The translations under genes were made by a program, and so were the position numbers. DNA of 64,000 bases from Eledone cirrhosa (lineage: Eukaryota): the NCBI GenBank assembly GCA_964016885.1, contig OZ024764.1, forward strand, positions 26,722,001 through 26,786,000, read 5' to 3'. This document shows positions 1 to 12,378 of this stretch, piece by piece. Every line of letters starts with the position of its first letter. Position 1 is the first letter of the stretch. The notes beneath the pieces were generated by a model. That model saw nothing but the letters and a program-made list of their open reading frames with translations, searched no databases and had not been told where the DNA came from.

Positions 1-3000
1 CTCTCGTTTCATCTCGTTCTCTCTCTCGTTTCATCTCTGTCTTCCTCTCTCTCGTTCCATCTCTCTCTTCCTCTCTCTCGTTCCATCTCTCTCTTCCTCT
101 CTCTCGTTTCATCTCTATCTCCCTTCTTTCATCTGTCTCGCTCTCTGTCGTTTCATCTCGCGCTCTCTCTCTCTCGTTTCATGTCGCGCTCTCTCTCTCT
201 CGTTTCATCTCGCTCTCTCTCTCTCGTTTCATCTCTGTCTTCCTCTCTCTCGTGCCATCTCTCTCTTCCTCTCTCTCTTCCTCTCTCTCGTTTCATCTCT
301 ATCTCCCTTGTTTCATCTCTCTCTCGCTCTCTCGTTTCATCTCTCTCTCCCTCTCGTTTCATCTCGCTCTCTCTCTCCTGTTTCATCTCGCTCTCTCTCT
401 CTCGTTTCATCTCTGTCTTCCTCTCTCTCGTTCCATCTCTGTCTTCCTCTCTCTCGTTCCATCTCTCGCTTCCTCTCTCTCGTTTCATCTCGCTCTCCCT
501 CGTTTCATCTCTCTCTCGCTCTCTCGTTTCATCTCTCTCTCCCTCTCATTTCATCTCGCTCTCTCTCTCCTGTTTCATCTGGCTCTCTCTCTCTCCTGTT
601 TCATCTCGCTCTCTACTCTCGTTTCCTCTCTCTCTCTCGTTTCATCTCTCTCTCCCTCCCGTTTCATCTCGCTCTCTCTCTCTCATTTCATCTCGCTCTC
701 TCTCTCTCGTTTCATCTCGCTCTCCCTCTCTCGTTTCATCCCGCTCTCACTCTCTCATTTCTTCTCGCTCTCTCTCTCTTGTTTCAACACTCTAATCCCT
801 CACTTGTTTACTATCTCTCAGAATTATTAGCCACAGGGGCAGAGATGACCATAACATTACATGTCAGAATTATTAGCCACAAGGGCAGAGATGTCCATAA
901 CATTACATGACAGAATTATTAGCCACAGGGGCAGATATGTCAATAACATTACATGGCAGAGTTTCATCTCGCGCTCTCTCTCTCTCGTTTCATCTTGCGC
1001 TCTCTCTCTCTCTCGTTTCATCTTGCTCTCTCTCTCGTTTCATCTCTGTCTTCCTCTCTCTCGTTCCATCTCTCTCTTCCTCTCTCTCGTTCCATCTCTC
1101 TCATCCTCTCTCTCGTTTCATCTCTATCTCCCTCCTTTCATCTGTCTCTCTCTCTGTCGTTTCATCTCGCGCTCTCTCTCTCTCTCGTTTCATCTCGCGC
1201 TCTCTCTGTCTCGTTTCATCTCGCTCTCTCTCTCTCTCGTTTCATCTCTGTCTTCCTCTCTCTCGTTCCATCTCTCTCTTCCTCTCTCTCGTTCCATCTC
1301 TCTCTTCCTCTCTCTCGTTTCATCTCTATCTCCCTCGTTTCATCTCTCTCTCGCTCTCTTGTTTCATCTCTCTCTCTCGCTCTCTCTCTCCTGTTTCATC
1401 TCGCTCTCTACTCTCGTTTCCTCTCTCTCGTTTCCTCTCTGTCTCGTTTCATCTCGCTCTCTCTCTTTCTCGTTTGATCTCGCTCTCACTCTCTCGTTTC
1501 ATCTCGCTTCTCTCACTCTCTTGATTCATCTCGCTCTCTCTCTCTCTTGTTTCAACACTCTAATCCCTCACTTGTTTTATCTCTCTCTAATCCCTCACTT
1601 GGTTCATCTCTCTCAGAATTATTAGCCACAGGAGCAGAGATGTCCATAACATTACATGTCAGAATTATTAGCCACAGGGCAGAGATGTCCATAACATTAC
1701 ATGTCAGAATTATTAGCCACTGGGGCAGAGATGTCCATAACATTACATGTCAGAATTATTAGCCACAGGGGTAGAGATGTCCATAACATTACATGTCAGA
1801 ATTATTAGCCACAGGGGCAGAGATGTCCATAACATTACATGACAGAATTATTAGCCACAGGGGCAGTGATGTCCATAACATTACATGACAATTATTAGCC
1901 CCAAGGGCAGATATGTCCATAACATTACATGACAGAGTTCCATCTCGCGCTCTCTCTCTTCCTCTCTCTCGTTTCATCTCGCTCTCTCTCTCTCTCGTTT
2001 CATCTCGCTCTCTCGTTTCATCTCGCTCTCTCGTTTCATCTCGCTCTCTCTCGTTTCATCTCTGTCTTCCTCTCTCTCGTTCCATCTCTCTCTTCCTCTC
2101 TCTCGTTCCATCTCTCTCTTCCTCTCTCTCGTTTCATTTCTATCTCCCTCCTTTCATCTGTCTCTCTCTCTGTCGTTTCATCTCGCGCTCTCTCTCTCTA
2201 GATTCATCTCGCGCTCTCTCTCTCTCGTTTCATCTCGCTCTCTCTCTCTCTCGTTTCATCTCTGTCTTCCTCTCTCGCGTTCCATCTCTCTCTTCCTCTC
2301 TCTCGTTTCATCTCTATCTCCCTCGTTTCATCTCTCTCTCCCTCTCGTTTCATCTCGCTCTCTCTCTCCTGTTTCATCTCGCTCTCTACTCTCGTTTCCT
2401 CTCTCTCGTTTCCTCTCTGTCTCGTTCCATCCCGCTCTCTCTCTCTCTCATTACATCTCGCTCTCTCTGTCTCGTTTCATCTCGCTCTCTCTCTCTCTCG
2501 TTTCATCTCGCTCTCACTCTCTCGTTTCATCTCGCGTTTCTTCTCACTCTCCCTGTCTCATTTCACCTCGCTCTCTCTCTCTCTTCCTCTCTCTCTCTTG
2601 TTTCAACACTCTAATCCCTCACTTGTTTTATCTCTCTCTAATCCCTCACTTGTTTCATCTCTCTCAGAATTATTAGCCACAGGGGCAGAGATGTCCATAA
2701 CATTACATGTCAGAATTATTAGCCACAGGGCAGAGATGTCCATAACATTACATGTCAGAGTTATTAGCCACAGGGGCAGAGATGTCCATAACATTACATG
2801 TCAGAATTATTAGCCACGGGGGCGGAGACGTCCATAACATTACATGACAGAATTATTAGCCACAGGGGCAGAGATGACCATAACATTACATGACAATTAT
2901 TAGCCACAGGGGCAGATATATCAATAACATTACATGATAGAGTTTCATCTCGCGCTCTCTCTCTCTCGTTTCATCTTGCTCTCTCTCTCTCTCGTTTCAT

Positions 3001-6000
3001 CTCTGTCTTCCTCTCTCTCGTTCCATCTCTCTCTTCCTCTCTCTCGTTCCATCTCTCTCATCCTCTCTCTCGTTTCATCTCTATCTCCCTCCTTTCATCT
3101 GTCTCTCTCTGTTGTTTCATCTCGTGCTCTCTCTCTCTCGTTTCATCTCGTGCTCTCTCTCTCTCGTTTCATCTCGCGCTCTCTCTCTCTCGTTTCATCT
3201 CTGTCTTCCTCTCTCACGTTCCATCTCTCTCTTCCTCTCTCTCGTTCCATCTCTCTCTTCCTCTCTCTCGTTTCATCTCTATCTCCCTCGTTTCATCTCT
3301 CTCTCGCTCTCTCGTTTCATCTCTCTCTCCCTCTCGTTTCATCTCGCTCTCTACTCTCGTTTCCTCTCTCTCGTTTCCTCTCTGTCTCGTTCCATCCCGC
3401 TCTCTCTCTCTCACATTACATCTCGCTCTCTCTGTCTCGTTTCATCTCGCTCTCTCTCTCTCTCGTTTCATCTCGCTCTCACTCTCTCGTTTCATCTCGC
3501 TTCTCTCACTATTGCGTTTCATCTCGCTCTCCCTGTCTCATTTCATCTCGCTCTCTCTCTCTCTCTTCCTCTCTCTCTCTCTTGTTTCAACACTCTAATC
3601 CCTCACTTGTTTTATCTCTCTCTAATCCCTCCCTTGTTTCATCTCTCTCAGAATTATTAGCCACTGGGGCAGAGATGTCCATAACATTACATGTCAGAGT
3701 TATTAGCCACAGGGGCAGAGATGTCCATAACATTACATGACAGAGTTTCATCTCGCGCTCTCTCTCTCTCGTTTCATCTCGCGCTCTCTCTCTTCCTCTC
3801 TCTCGTTTCATCTCGCTCTCTCTCTCTCTCGTTTCACCTCTGTCTTTCATCTCTCTCTTCCTCTCTCTCGTTCCATCTCTCTCTTCCTCTCTCTCGTTTC
3901 ATCTCTATCTCCCTCCTTTCATCTGTCTCTCTCTCTGTCGTTTCATCTCGCGCTCTCTCTCTCTCGTTTCATCTCGCGCTCTCTCTCTCTCGTTTCATCT
4001 CGCTCTCTCTCTCTCTCGTTACATCTCTGTCTTCCTCTCTCTCGTTCCATCTCTCTCTTCCTCTCTCTCTTCCTCTCTCTCGTTTCATCTCTATCTCCCT
4101 CGTTTCATCTCTCTCTCCCTCTCGTTTCATCTCGCTCTCTCTCTCCTGTTTCATCTCGCTCTCTACTCTCGTTTCCTCTCTCTCGTTTCCTCTCTGTCTC
4201 GTTCCATCCCGCTCTCTCTCTCTCTCATTACATCTCGCTCTCTCTGTCTCCTTTCATCTCGCTCTCTCTCTCTCTCGTTTCATCTCGCTCTCACTCTCTC
4301 GTTTCATCTCGCGTTTCATCTCACTCTCCCTGTCTCATTTCATCTCGCGCTCTCTCTCTCTTCCTCTCTCTCTCTTGTTTCAACACTCTAATCCCTCACT
4401 TGTTTTATCTCTCTCTAATCCCTCACTTGTTTCATCTCTCTCAGAATTATTAGCCACAGGGGCAGAGATGTCCATAACATTACATGTCAGAATTATTAGC
4501 CACAGGGGCGGAGACGTCCATAACATTACATGACAGAATTATTAGCCACAGGGGCAGAGATGACCATAACATTACATGACAATTATTAGCCACAGGGGCA
4601 GATATATCAATAACATTACATGATAGAGTTTCATCTCGCGCTCTCTCTCTCTCGTTTCATCTTGCGCTCTCTCTCTCTCGTTTCATCTTGCTCTCTCTCT
4701 CGTTTCATCTCTGTATTCCTCTCTCTCGTTCCATCTCTCTATTCCTCTCTCTCGTTCCATCTCTCTCATCCTCTCTCTCGTTTTATCTGTATCTCCCTCC
4801 TTCAATCTGTCTCTCTCTCTGTCGTTTCATCTCGTGCTCTCTCTGTCTCGTTTCATCTCGCGCACTCTCTGTCTCGTTTCATCTCGCTCTCTCTCTCTCT
4901 CTCGTTTCATCTCTGTCTTCCTCTCTCTCGTTCCATCTCTCTCTTCCTCTTTCTCGTTCCATCTCTCTCTTCCTCTCTCTCGTTTCATCTCTATCTCCCT
5001 CGTTTCATCTCTCTCTCGCTCTCTCGTTTCATCTCTCTCTCCCTCTCGTTTCATCTCGCTCTCTACTCTCGTTTCCTCTCTCTCGTTTCCTCTCTGTCTC
5101 GTTCCATCCCGCTCTCTCTCTCTCTCATTACATCTCGCTCTCTCTGTCTCGTTTCATCTCGCTCTCTCTCGCTCTCGTTTCATCTCGCTCTCACTCTCTC
5201 GTTTCATCTCGCTTCTCTCACTATTGCGTTTCATCTCGCTCTCCCTGTCTCATTTCATCTCGCTCTCTCTCTCTCTTCCTCTCTCTTGTTTCAACACCCT
5301 AATCCCTCACTTGTTTTATCTCTCTCTAATCCCTCACTTGTTTCATCTCTCTCAGAATTATTAGCCACAGGGGCAGAGATGTCCATAACATTACATGTCA
5401 GAGTTATTAGCCACAGGGGCAGAGATGTCCATAACGTTACATGACAATTATTAGCCCCAAGGGCAGATATGTCCATAACATTACATGACAGAGTTTCATC
5501 TCGCGCTCTCTCTCTTCCTCTCTCTCTTCCTCTCTCTCGTTTCATCTCTATCTCCCTCGTTTCATCTCTCTCTCCCTCTCGTTTCATCTCGCTCTCTCTC
5601 TCCTGTTTCATCTCGCTCTCTACTCTCATTTCCTCTCTCTCGTTTCCTCTCTGTCTCGTTCCATCCCGCTCTCTCTCTCTCTCATTACATCTCGCTCTCT
5701 CTGTCTCCTTTCATCTCGCTCTCTCTCTCTCTCGTTTCATCTCGCTCTCACTCTCTCGTTTCATCTCGCGTTTCATCTCACTCTCCCTGTCTCATTTCAT
5801 CTCGCTCTCTCTCTCTCTTCCTCTCTCTCTCTTGTTTCAACACTCTAATCCCTCACTTGTTTTATCTCTCTCTAATCCCTCACTTGTTTCATCTCTCTCA
5901 GAATTATTAGCCACAGGGGCAGAGATGTCCATAACATTACATGTCAGAATTATTAGCCACAGGGCAGAGGTGTCCATAACATTACATGTCAGAATTATTA

Positions 6001-9000
6001 GCCACAGGGGCAGAGATGTCCATAACATTACATGTCAGAATTATTAGCCACAGGGGCGGAGACGTCCATAACATTACATGACAGAATTATTAGCCACAGG
6101 GGCAGAGATGACCATAACATTACATGACAATTATTAGCCACAGGGGCAGATATATCAATAACATTACATGATAGAGTTTCATCTCGCGCTCTCTCTCTCT
6201 CGTTTCATCTTGCGCTCTCTCTCTCTCGTTTCATCTTGCTCTCTCTCTCTCTCGTTTCATCTCTGTATTCCTCTCTCTCGTTCCATCTCTCTATTCCTCT
6301 CTCTCGTTCCATCTCTCTCATCCTCTCTCTCGTTTTATCTGTATCTCCCTCCTTCAATCTGTCTCTCTCTCTGTCGTTTCATCTCGTGCTCTCTCTGTCT
6401 CGTTTCATCTCGCGCTCTCTCTGTCTCGTTTCATCTCGCTCTCTCTCTCTCTCTCGTTTCATCTCTGTCTTCCTCTCTCTCGTTCCATCTCTCTCTTCCT
6501 CTTTCTCGTTCCATCTCTCTCTTCCTCTCTCTCGTTTCATCTCTATCTCCCTCGTTTCATCTCTCTCTCGCTCTCTCGTTTCATCTCTCTCTCCCTCGTT
6601 TCATCTCGCTCTCTACTCTCGTTTCCTCTCTCTCGTTTCCTCTCTGTCTCGTTCCATCCCGCTCTCTCTCTCTCTCATTACATCTCGCTCTCTCTGTCTC
6701 GTTTCATCTCGCTCTCTCTCGCTCTCGTTTCATCTCGCTCTCACTCTCTCGTTTCATCTCGCTTCTCTCACTATTGCGTTTCATCTCGCTCTCCCTGTCT
6801 CATTTCATCTCGCTCTCTCTCTCTCTTCCTCTCTCTTGTTTCAACACCCTAATCCCTCACTTGTTTTATCTCTCTCTAATCCCTCACTTGTTTCATCTCT
6901 CTCAGAATTATTAGCCACAGGGGCAGAGATGTCCATAACATTACATGTCAGAGTTATTAGCCACAGGGGCAGAGATGTCCATAACGTTACATGACAATTA
7001 TTAGCCCCAAGGGCAGATATGTCCATAACATTACATGACAGAGTTTCATCTCGCGCTCTCTCTCTTCCTCTCTCTCGTTTCATCTCGCTCTCTCTCTCTC
7101 TCGTTTCACCTCTGTCTTCCATCTCTCTCTTCCTCTCTCTCGTTCCATCTCACTCTTCCTCTCTCTCATTTCATCTCTCTCTCTCGTTTCATCTCTATCT
7201 CTCTCTCTCGTTTCATCTGTCTCTCTCTCTGTCGTTTCATCTCCCTCTATCTCTCTCTCCCTCTCGTTTCATCTCGCTCTCTCTCTCCTGTTTCATCTCG
7301 CTCTCTCTCTCTCCTGTTTCATCTCGCTCTCTACTCTCGTTTCCTCTCTCTCTCCCTCCTGTTTCATCTCGCTCTCTCTCTCTCGTTTCATCTCGCTCTC
7401 ACTCTCTCGTTTCATCTCGCTCTCTCTCTGTCTCGTTTCATCTCGCTCTCTCTCTCTCATTTCATCTCGCTCTCTCTCTCTCATTTCATCTCGCTCTCTC
7501 TCTCTCGTTTCATCTCGCTCTCACTCTCTCGTTTCATCTCGCTCTCACTCTCTCGTTTCATCTCGCTCTCCCTGTCTCGTTTCATCTCGCTCACACTCTC
7601 TCATTTCATCTCGCTCTCTCTCTCTTCTTTCAACACTCTAATCCCTCACTTGTTTCATCTCTCTCAGAATTATTAGCCACAGGGGCATAGATGACCATAA
7701 CATTACATGTCAGAATTATCAGCCACAGGGGCAGAGATGTCCATAACATTACATGTCAGAATCATTAGCCACAGGGGCAGAGATGTCCATAACATTACAT
7801 GACAGAATTATTAGCCACAGGGGCAGAGATGACCATAACATTACATGACAATTATTAGCCACAGGGGCAGATATGTCAATAACATTACATGACAGAGTTT
7901 CATCTCGCGCTCTCTCTCTCTCTCGTTTCATCTTGCGCTCTCTCTCTCTCATTTCCTCTCGCTCTCTCTCTCTCTCGTTTCATCTCTGTCTTCCTCTCTC
8001 TCGTTCCATCTCTCTCTTCCTCTCTCTCGTTCCATCTCTCTCTTCCTCTCTCTCGTTTCATCTGTCTCTCTCTCTGTCGTTTCATCTCGCGCTCTCTCTC
8101 TCTCGTTTCATCTCGCGCTCTCTCTCTCTCATTTCATCTCGCTCTCTCTCTCTCTCGTTTCATCTCTGTCTTCCTCTCTCTCTTCCTCTCTCTCGTTCCA
8201 TCTCTCTCTTCCTCTCTCTCGTTTCATCTCTATCTCCCTCGTTTCATCTCTCTCTCGCTCTCTCGTTTCATCTCTCTCTCCCTCTCGTCTCATCTCGCTC
8301 TCTCTCTTCTGTTTCATCTCGCTCTCTACTCTCGTCTCCTCTCTGTCGTTTCCTCTCTGTCTCGTTTCATCTCGCTCTCCCTGTCTCATTTCATCTCGCT
8401 CTCTCTCTCTCTCTTCCTCTCTGTCTCTTGTTTCAACACTCTAATCCCTCACTTGTTTTATCTCTCTCTAATCCCTCACTTGTTTCATCTCTCTCAGAAT
8501 TATTAGCCACAGGGGCAGAGATGTCCATAACATTACATGTCAGAGTTATTAGCCACAGGGGCAGAGATGTCCATAACGTTACATGACAATTATTAGCCCC
8601 AAGGGCAGATATGTCCATAACATTACATGACAGAGTTTCATCTCGCGCTCTCTCTCTCTCGTTTCATCTCGCGCTCTCTCTCTTCCTCTCTCTCGTTTCA
8701 TCTCGCTCTCTCTCTCTCTCGTTTCACCTCTGTCTTCCATCTCTCTCTTCCTCTCTCTCGTTCCATCTCACTCTTCCTCTCTCTCATTTCATCTCTCTCT
8801 CTCGTTTCATCTCTATCTCTCTCTCTCGTTTCATCTGTCTCTCTCTCTGTCGTTTCATCTCCCTCTATCTCTCTCTCCCTCTCGTTTCATCTCGCTCTCT
8901 CTCTCCTGTTTCATCTCGCTCTCTCTCTCTCCTGTTTCATCTCGCTCTCTGCTCTCGTTTCCTCTCTCTCTCCCTCCTGTTTCATCTCGCTCTCTCTCTC

Positions 9001-12000
9001 TCGTTTCATCTCGCTCTCACTCTCTCGTTTCATCTCGCTCTCTCTCTGTCTCGTTTCATCTCGCTCTCTCTCTCTCATTTCATCTCGCTCTCTCTCTCAC
9101 ATTTCATCTCGCTCTCTGTCTCTCGTTTCATCTCGCTCTCACTCTCTCGTTTCATCTCGCTCTCACTCTCTCGTTTCATCTCGCTCTCCCTGTCTCGTTT
9201 CATCTCGCTCACACTCTCTCATTTCATCTCGCTCTCTCTCTCTTCTTTCAACACTCTAATCCCTCACTTGTTTCATCTCTCTCAGAATTATTAGCCACAG
9301 GGGCAGAGATGACCATAACATTACATGTCAGAATTATTAGCCACAGGGGCAGAGATGTCCATAACATTACATGTCAGAATCATTAGCCACAGGGGCAGAG
9401 ATGTCCATAACATTACATGACAGAATTATTAGCCACAGGGGCAGAGATGACCATAACATTACATGACAATTATTAGCCACAGGGGCAGATATGTCAATAA
9501 CATTACATGACAGAGTTTCATCTCGCGCTCTCTCTCTCTCTCGTTTCATCTTGCGCTCTCTCTCTCTCGTTTCCTCTCGCTCTCTCTCTCTCTCATTTCA
9601 TCTCTGTCTTCCTCTCTCTCGTTCCATCTCTCTCTTCCTCTCTCTCGTTCCATCTCTCTCTTCCTCTCTCTCGTTTCATCTGTCTCTCTCTCTGTCGTTT
9701 CATCTCGCGCTCTCTCTCTCTCGTTTCATCTCGCGCTCTCTCTCTCTCATTTCATCTCGCTCTCTCTCTCTCTCGTTTCATCTCTGTCTTCCTCTCTCTC
9801 TTCCTCTCTCTCGTTCCATCTCTCTCTTCCTCTCTCTCGTTTCATCTCTATCTCCCTCGTTTCATCTCTCTCTCGCTCTCTCGTTTCATCTCTCTCTCCC
9901 TCTCGTTTCATCTCGCTCTCTCTCTTCTGTTTCATCTCGCTCTCTACTCTCGTCTCCTCTCTGTCGTTTCCTCTCTGTCTCGTTTCATCTCGCTCTCCCT
10001 GTCTCATTTCATCTCGCTCTCTCTCTCTCTCTTCCTCTCTGTCTCTTGTTTCAACACTCTAATCCCTCACTTGTTTTATCTCTCTCTAATCCCTCACTTG
10101 TTTCATCTCTCTTAGAATTATTAGCCACAGGGGCAGAGATGTCCATAACATTACATGTCAGAATTATTAGCCACAGGGCAGAGATGTCCATAACATTACA
10201 TGTCAGAATTATTAGCCACAGGGGCAGAGATGTCCATAACATTACATGACAGAGTTTCATCTCGCTCTCTCTCTCTCTCGTTTCATCAGTGTCTTCCTCT
10301 CTCTCGTTCCATCTCTCTCTTGCTCTCTCTCGTTCCATCTCTATCTTCATCTCTCTCGTTTCATCTCTATCTCCCTCCTTTCATCTGTCTCTCTCTCTGT
10401 CGTTTCATCTCGCGCTCTCTCTCTCTCGTTTCATCTCGCGCTCTCTCTCTCTTTCTCTCTCTCGTTTCATCTCTATCTCCCTCGTTTCATCTGTCTCTCG
10501 CTCTCTCGTTTCATCTCTCTCTCCCTCTCGTTTCATCTCGCTCTCTACTCTCGTTTCCTCTCTCTCGCGTTCCATCCCGCTCTCTCTCTCTCTCATTACA
10601 TCTCGCTCTCTCTGTCTCGTTTCATCTCGCTCTCTCTCTCTCTCGTTTCATCTCGCTCTCACTCTCTCGTTTCATCTCGCTTCTCTCACTCTCGTGTTTC
10701 ATCTCGCTCTCCCTGTCTCATTTCATCTCGCTCTCTCTCTCTCTTCCTCTCTCTCTCTTGTTTCAACACTCTAATCCCTCACTTGTTTTATCTCTCTCTA
10801 ATCCCTCACTTGTTTCATCTCTCTCAGAATTATTAGCCACAGGGGAAGAGATGTCCATAACATTACATGTCAGAATTATTAGCCACAGGGCAGAGATGTC
10901 CATAACATTACATGTCAGAATTATTAGCCACAGGGGCAGAGATGTCCATAACATTACATGACAGAATTATTAGCCACAGGGGCAGAGATGTCCATAACAT
11001 TACATGTCAGAATTATTAGACACAGGGCAGAGATGTCCATAACATTACATGTCAGAATTATTAGCCACAGGGGCAGAGATGTCCATAACATTACATGTCA
11101 GAATTATTAGCCACAGGGGCCGAGATGTCCATAACATTACATGAAAGAATTATTAGCCACAGGGGCAGAGATGTCCATAACATTACATGACAGAATTATT
11201 AGCCACAGGGGCAGAGATGTCCATAACATTACATGACAATTATTAGCCCCAAGGGCAGATATGTCCATAACATTACATGACAGAGTTTCATCTGGCGCTC
11301 TCTCTCTTCCTCTCTCTCGTTTCATCTCTGTCTTCCTCTCTCTCGTTCCATCTCTCTCTTCCTCTCGCTCGTTCCATCTCTCTCTTCCTCTCTCTCGTTT
11401 CATCTCTATCTCCCTCCTTTCATCTGTCTCTCTCTCTGTCGTTTCATCTCGCGCTCTCTCTCTCTCGTTTCATCTCGCGCTCTCTCTCTCTCGTTTCATC
11501 TCTCTCTCTCTCTCGTTTCATCTCTGTCTTCCTCTCTCTCGTTCCATCTCTCTCTTCCTCTCTCTCGTTTCATCTCTATCTCCCTCGTTTCATCTCTCTC
11601 TCCCTCTCGTTTCATCTCGCTCTCTCTCTCCTGTTTCATCTCGCTCTCTACTCTCGTTTCCTCACTCTCGTTTCCTCTCTCTCTCGTTTCCTCTCTGTCT
11701 CGTTCCATCCCGCTCTCTCTCTCTCTCATTACATCTCGCTCTCTCTGTCTCGTTTCATCTCGCTCTCTCTCTCTCTCGTTTCATCTCGCTCTCACTCTCT
11801 CGTTTCATCTCGCTTCTCTCACTCTCGCGTTTCATCTCGCTCTCCCTGTCTCATTTCATCTCGCTCTCTCTCTCTCTTCCTCTCTCTCTCTTGTTTCAAC
11901 ACTCTAATCCCTCACTTGTTTTATCTCTCTCTAATCCCCCACGTGTTTCATCTCTCTCAGAATTATTAGCCACAGGGGCAGAGATGTCCATAACGTTACA

Positions 12001-12197
12001 TGTCAGAATTATTAGCCACAGGGCAGAGATGTCCATAACATTACATGTCAGAATTATTAACCACAGGGGCAGAGATGTCCATAACATAACATGACAGAAT
12101 TATTAGCCACAGGGGCAGAGATGTCCATAACATTACATGACAGAATTATTAGCCACAGGGGCAGATATGTCCATAACATTACATGACAGAGTTTCAT
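1..12197 (+). repeat. Composite satellite array, CT-rich orientation (46-bp monomer clusters alternating with (CT)n-GTTTCATC tracts; ~14 higher-order units of ~0.55-1.1 kb)
   Basis: 46-mer clusters start at about 819, 1615, 2665, 3649, 4442, 5353, 5899, 6903, 7665, 8495, 9283, 10113, 10825 and 11958. Each is preceded by the cap TTTCAACAC(T/C)CTAATCCCTCACTTG and followed by (C/T)AGAGTT(T/C)CATC into a CT tract. Confidence 0.97.
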
Positions 12198-12225
12198 CTG
12201 GTTGGAGTAATAACAGTCTTGTTTA

Positions 12226-12238
12226 TGTATATACACAC

Positions 12239-12274
<36 letters not shown>
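12226..12274. repeat. (TA)n/(CA)n microsatellite
   Basis: TGTATATACACACATATATACATATATATATA...; the homologous tract near 40998-41039 is shorter. Confidence 0.9.
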
Positions 12275-12277
<3 letters not shown>

Positions 12278-12378
12278 TGTTCTTGTATTTCTATAGAAAA
12301 GGTAAAGAAAAGAAGAATGCTCTATGTATTGTACAGAGCTATTTAATTACATAATAAACAACAGAATATAATTATTCC

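Noticed and set aside
1555-1600. Telomere-like CTAATCCC in the cap and AAACCCTAAA in the island
   Set aside because: No tandem TTAGGG runs; isolated short matches.
1620-1660. CTCF-like (GCCACAGGGGCAG) or p53-like (ACATGT) sites in the 46-mer
   Set aside because: Spacing is two bases short of the CTCF core and the p53 half-sites lack required positions; cannot be supported from sequence alone.
1547-1762. Recurrent peptide ELLATGAEMSITLHVRIISHRGRDVHNIT as a repeat protein
   Set aside because: Monomers of 46, 45 and 44 bp shift frame and stops are frequent.
819-12188. CRISPR-like array of 46-bp repeats
   Set aside because: Monomers are directly tandem without unique spacers, intervening tracts are homologous, there are no cas genes, and the context is eukaryotic.
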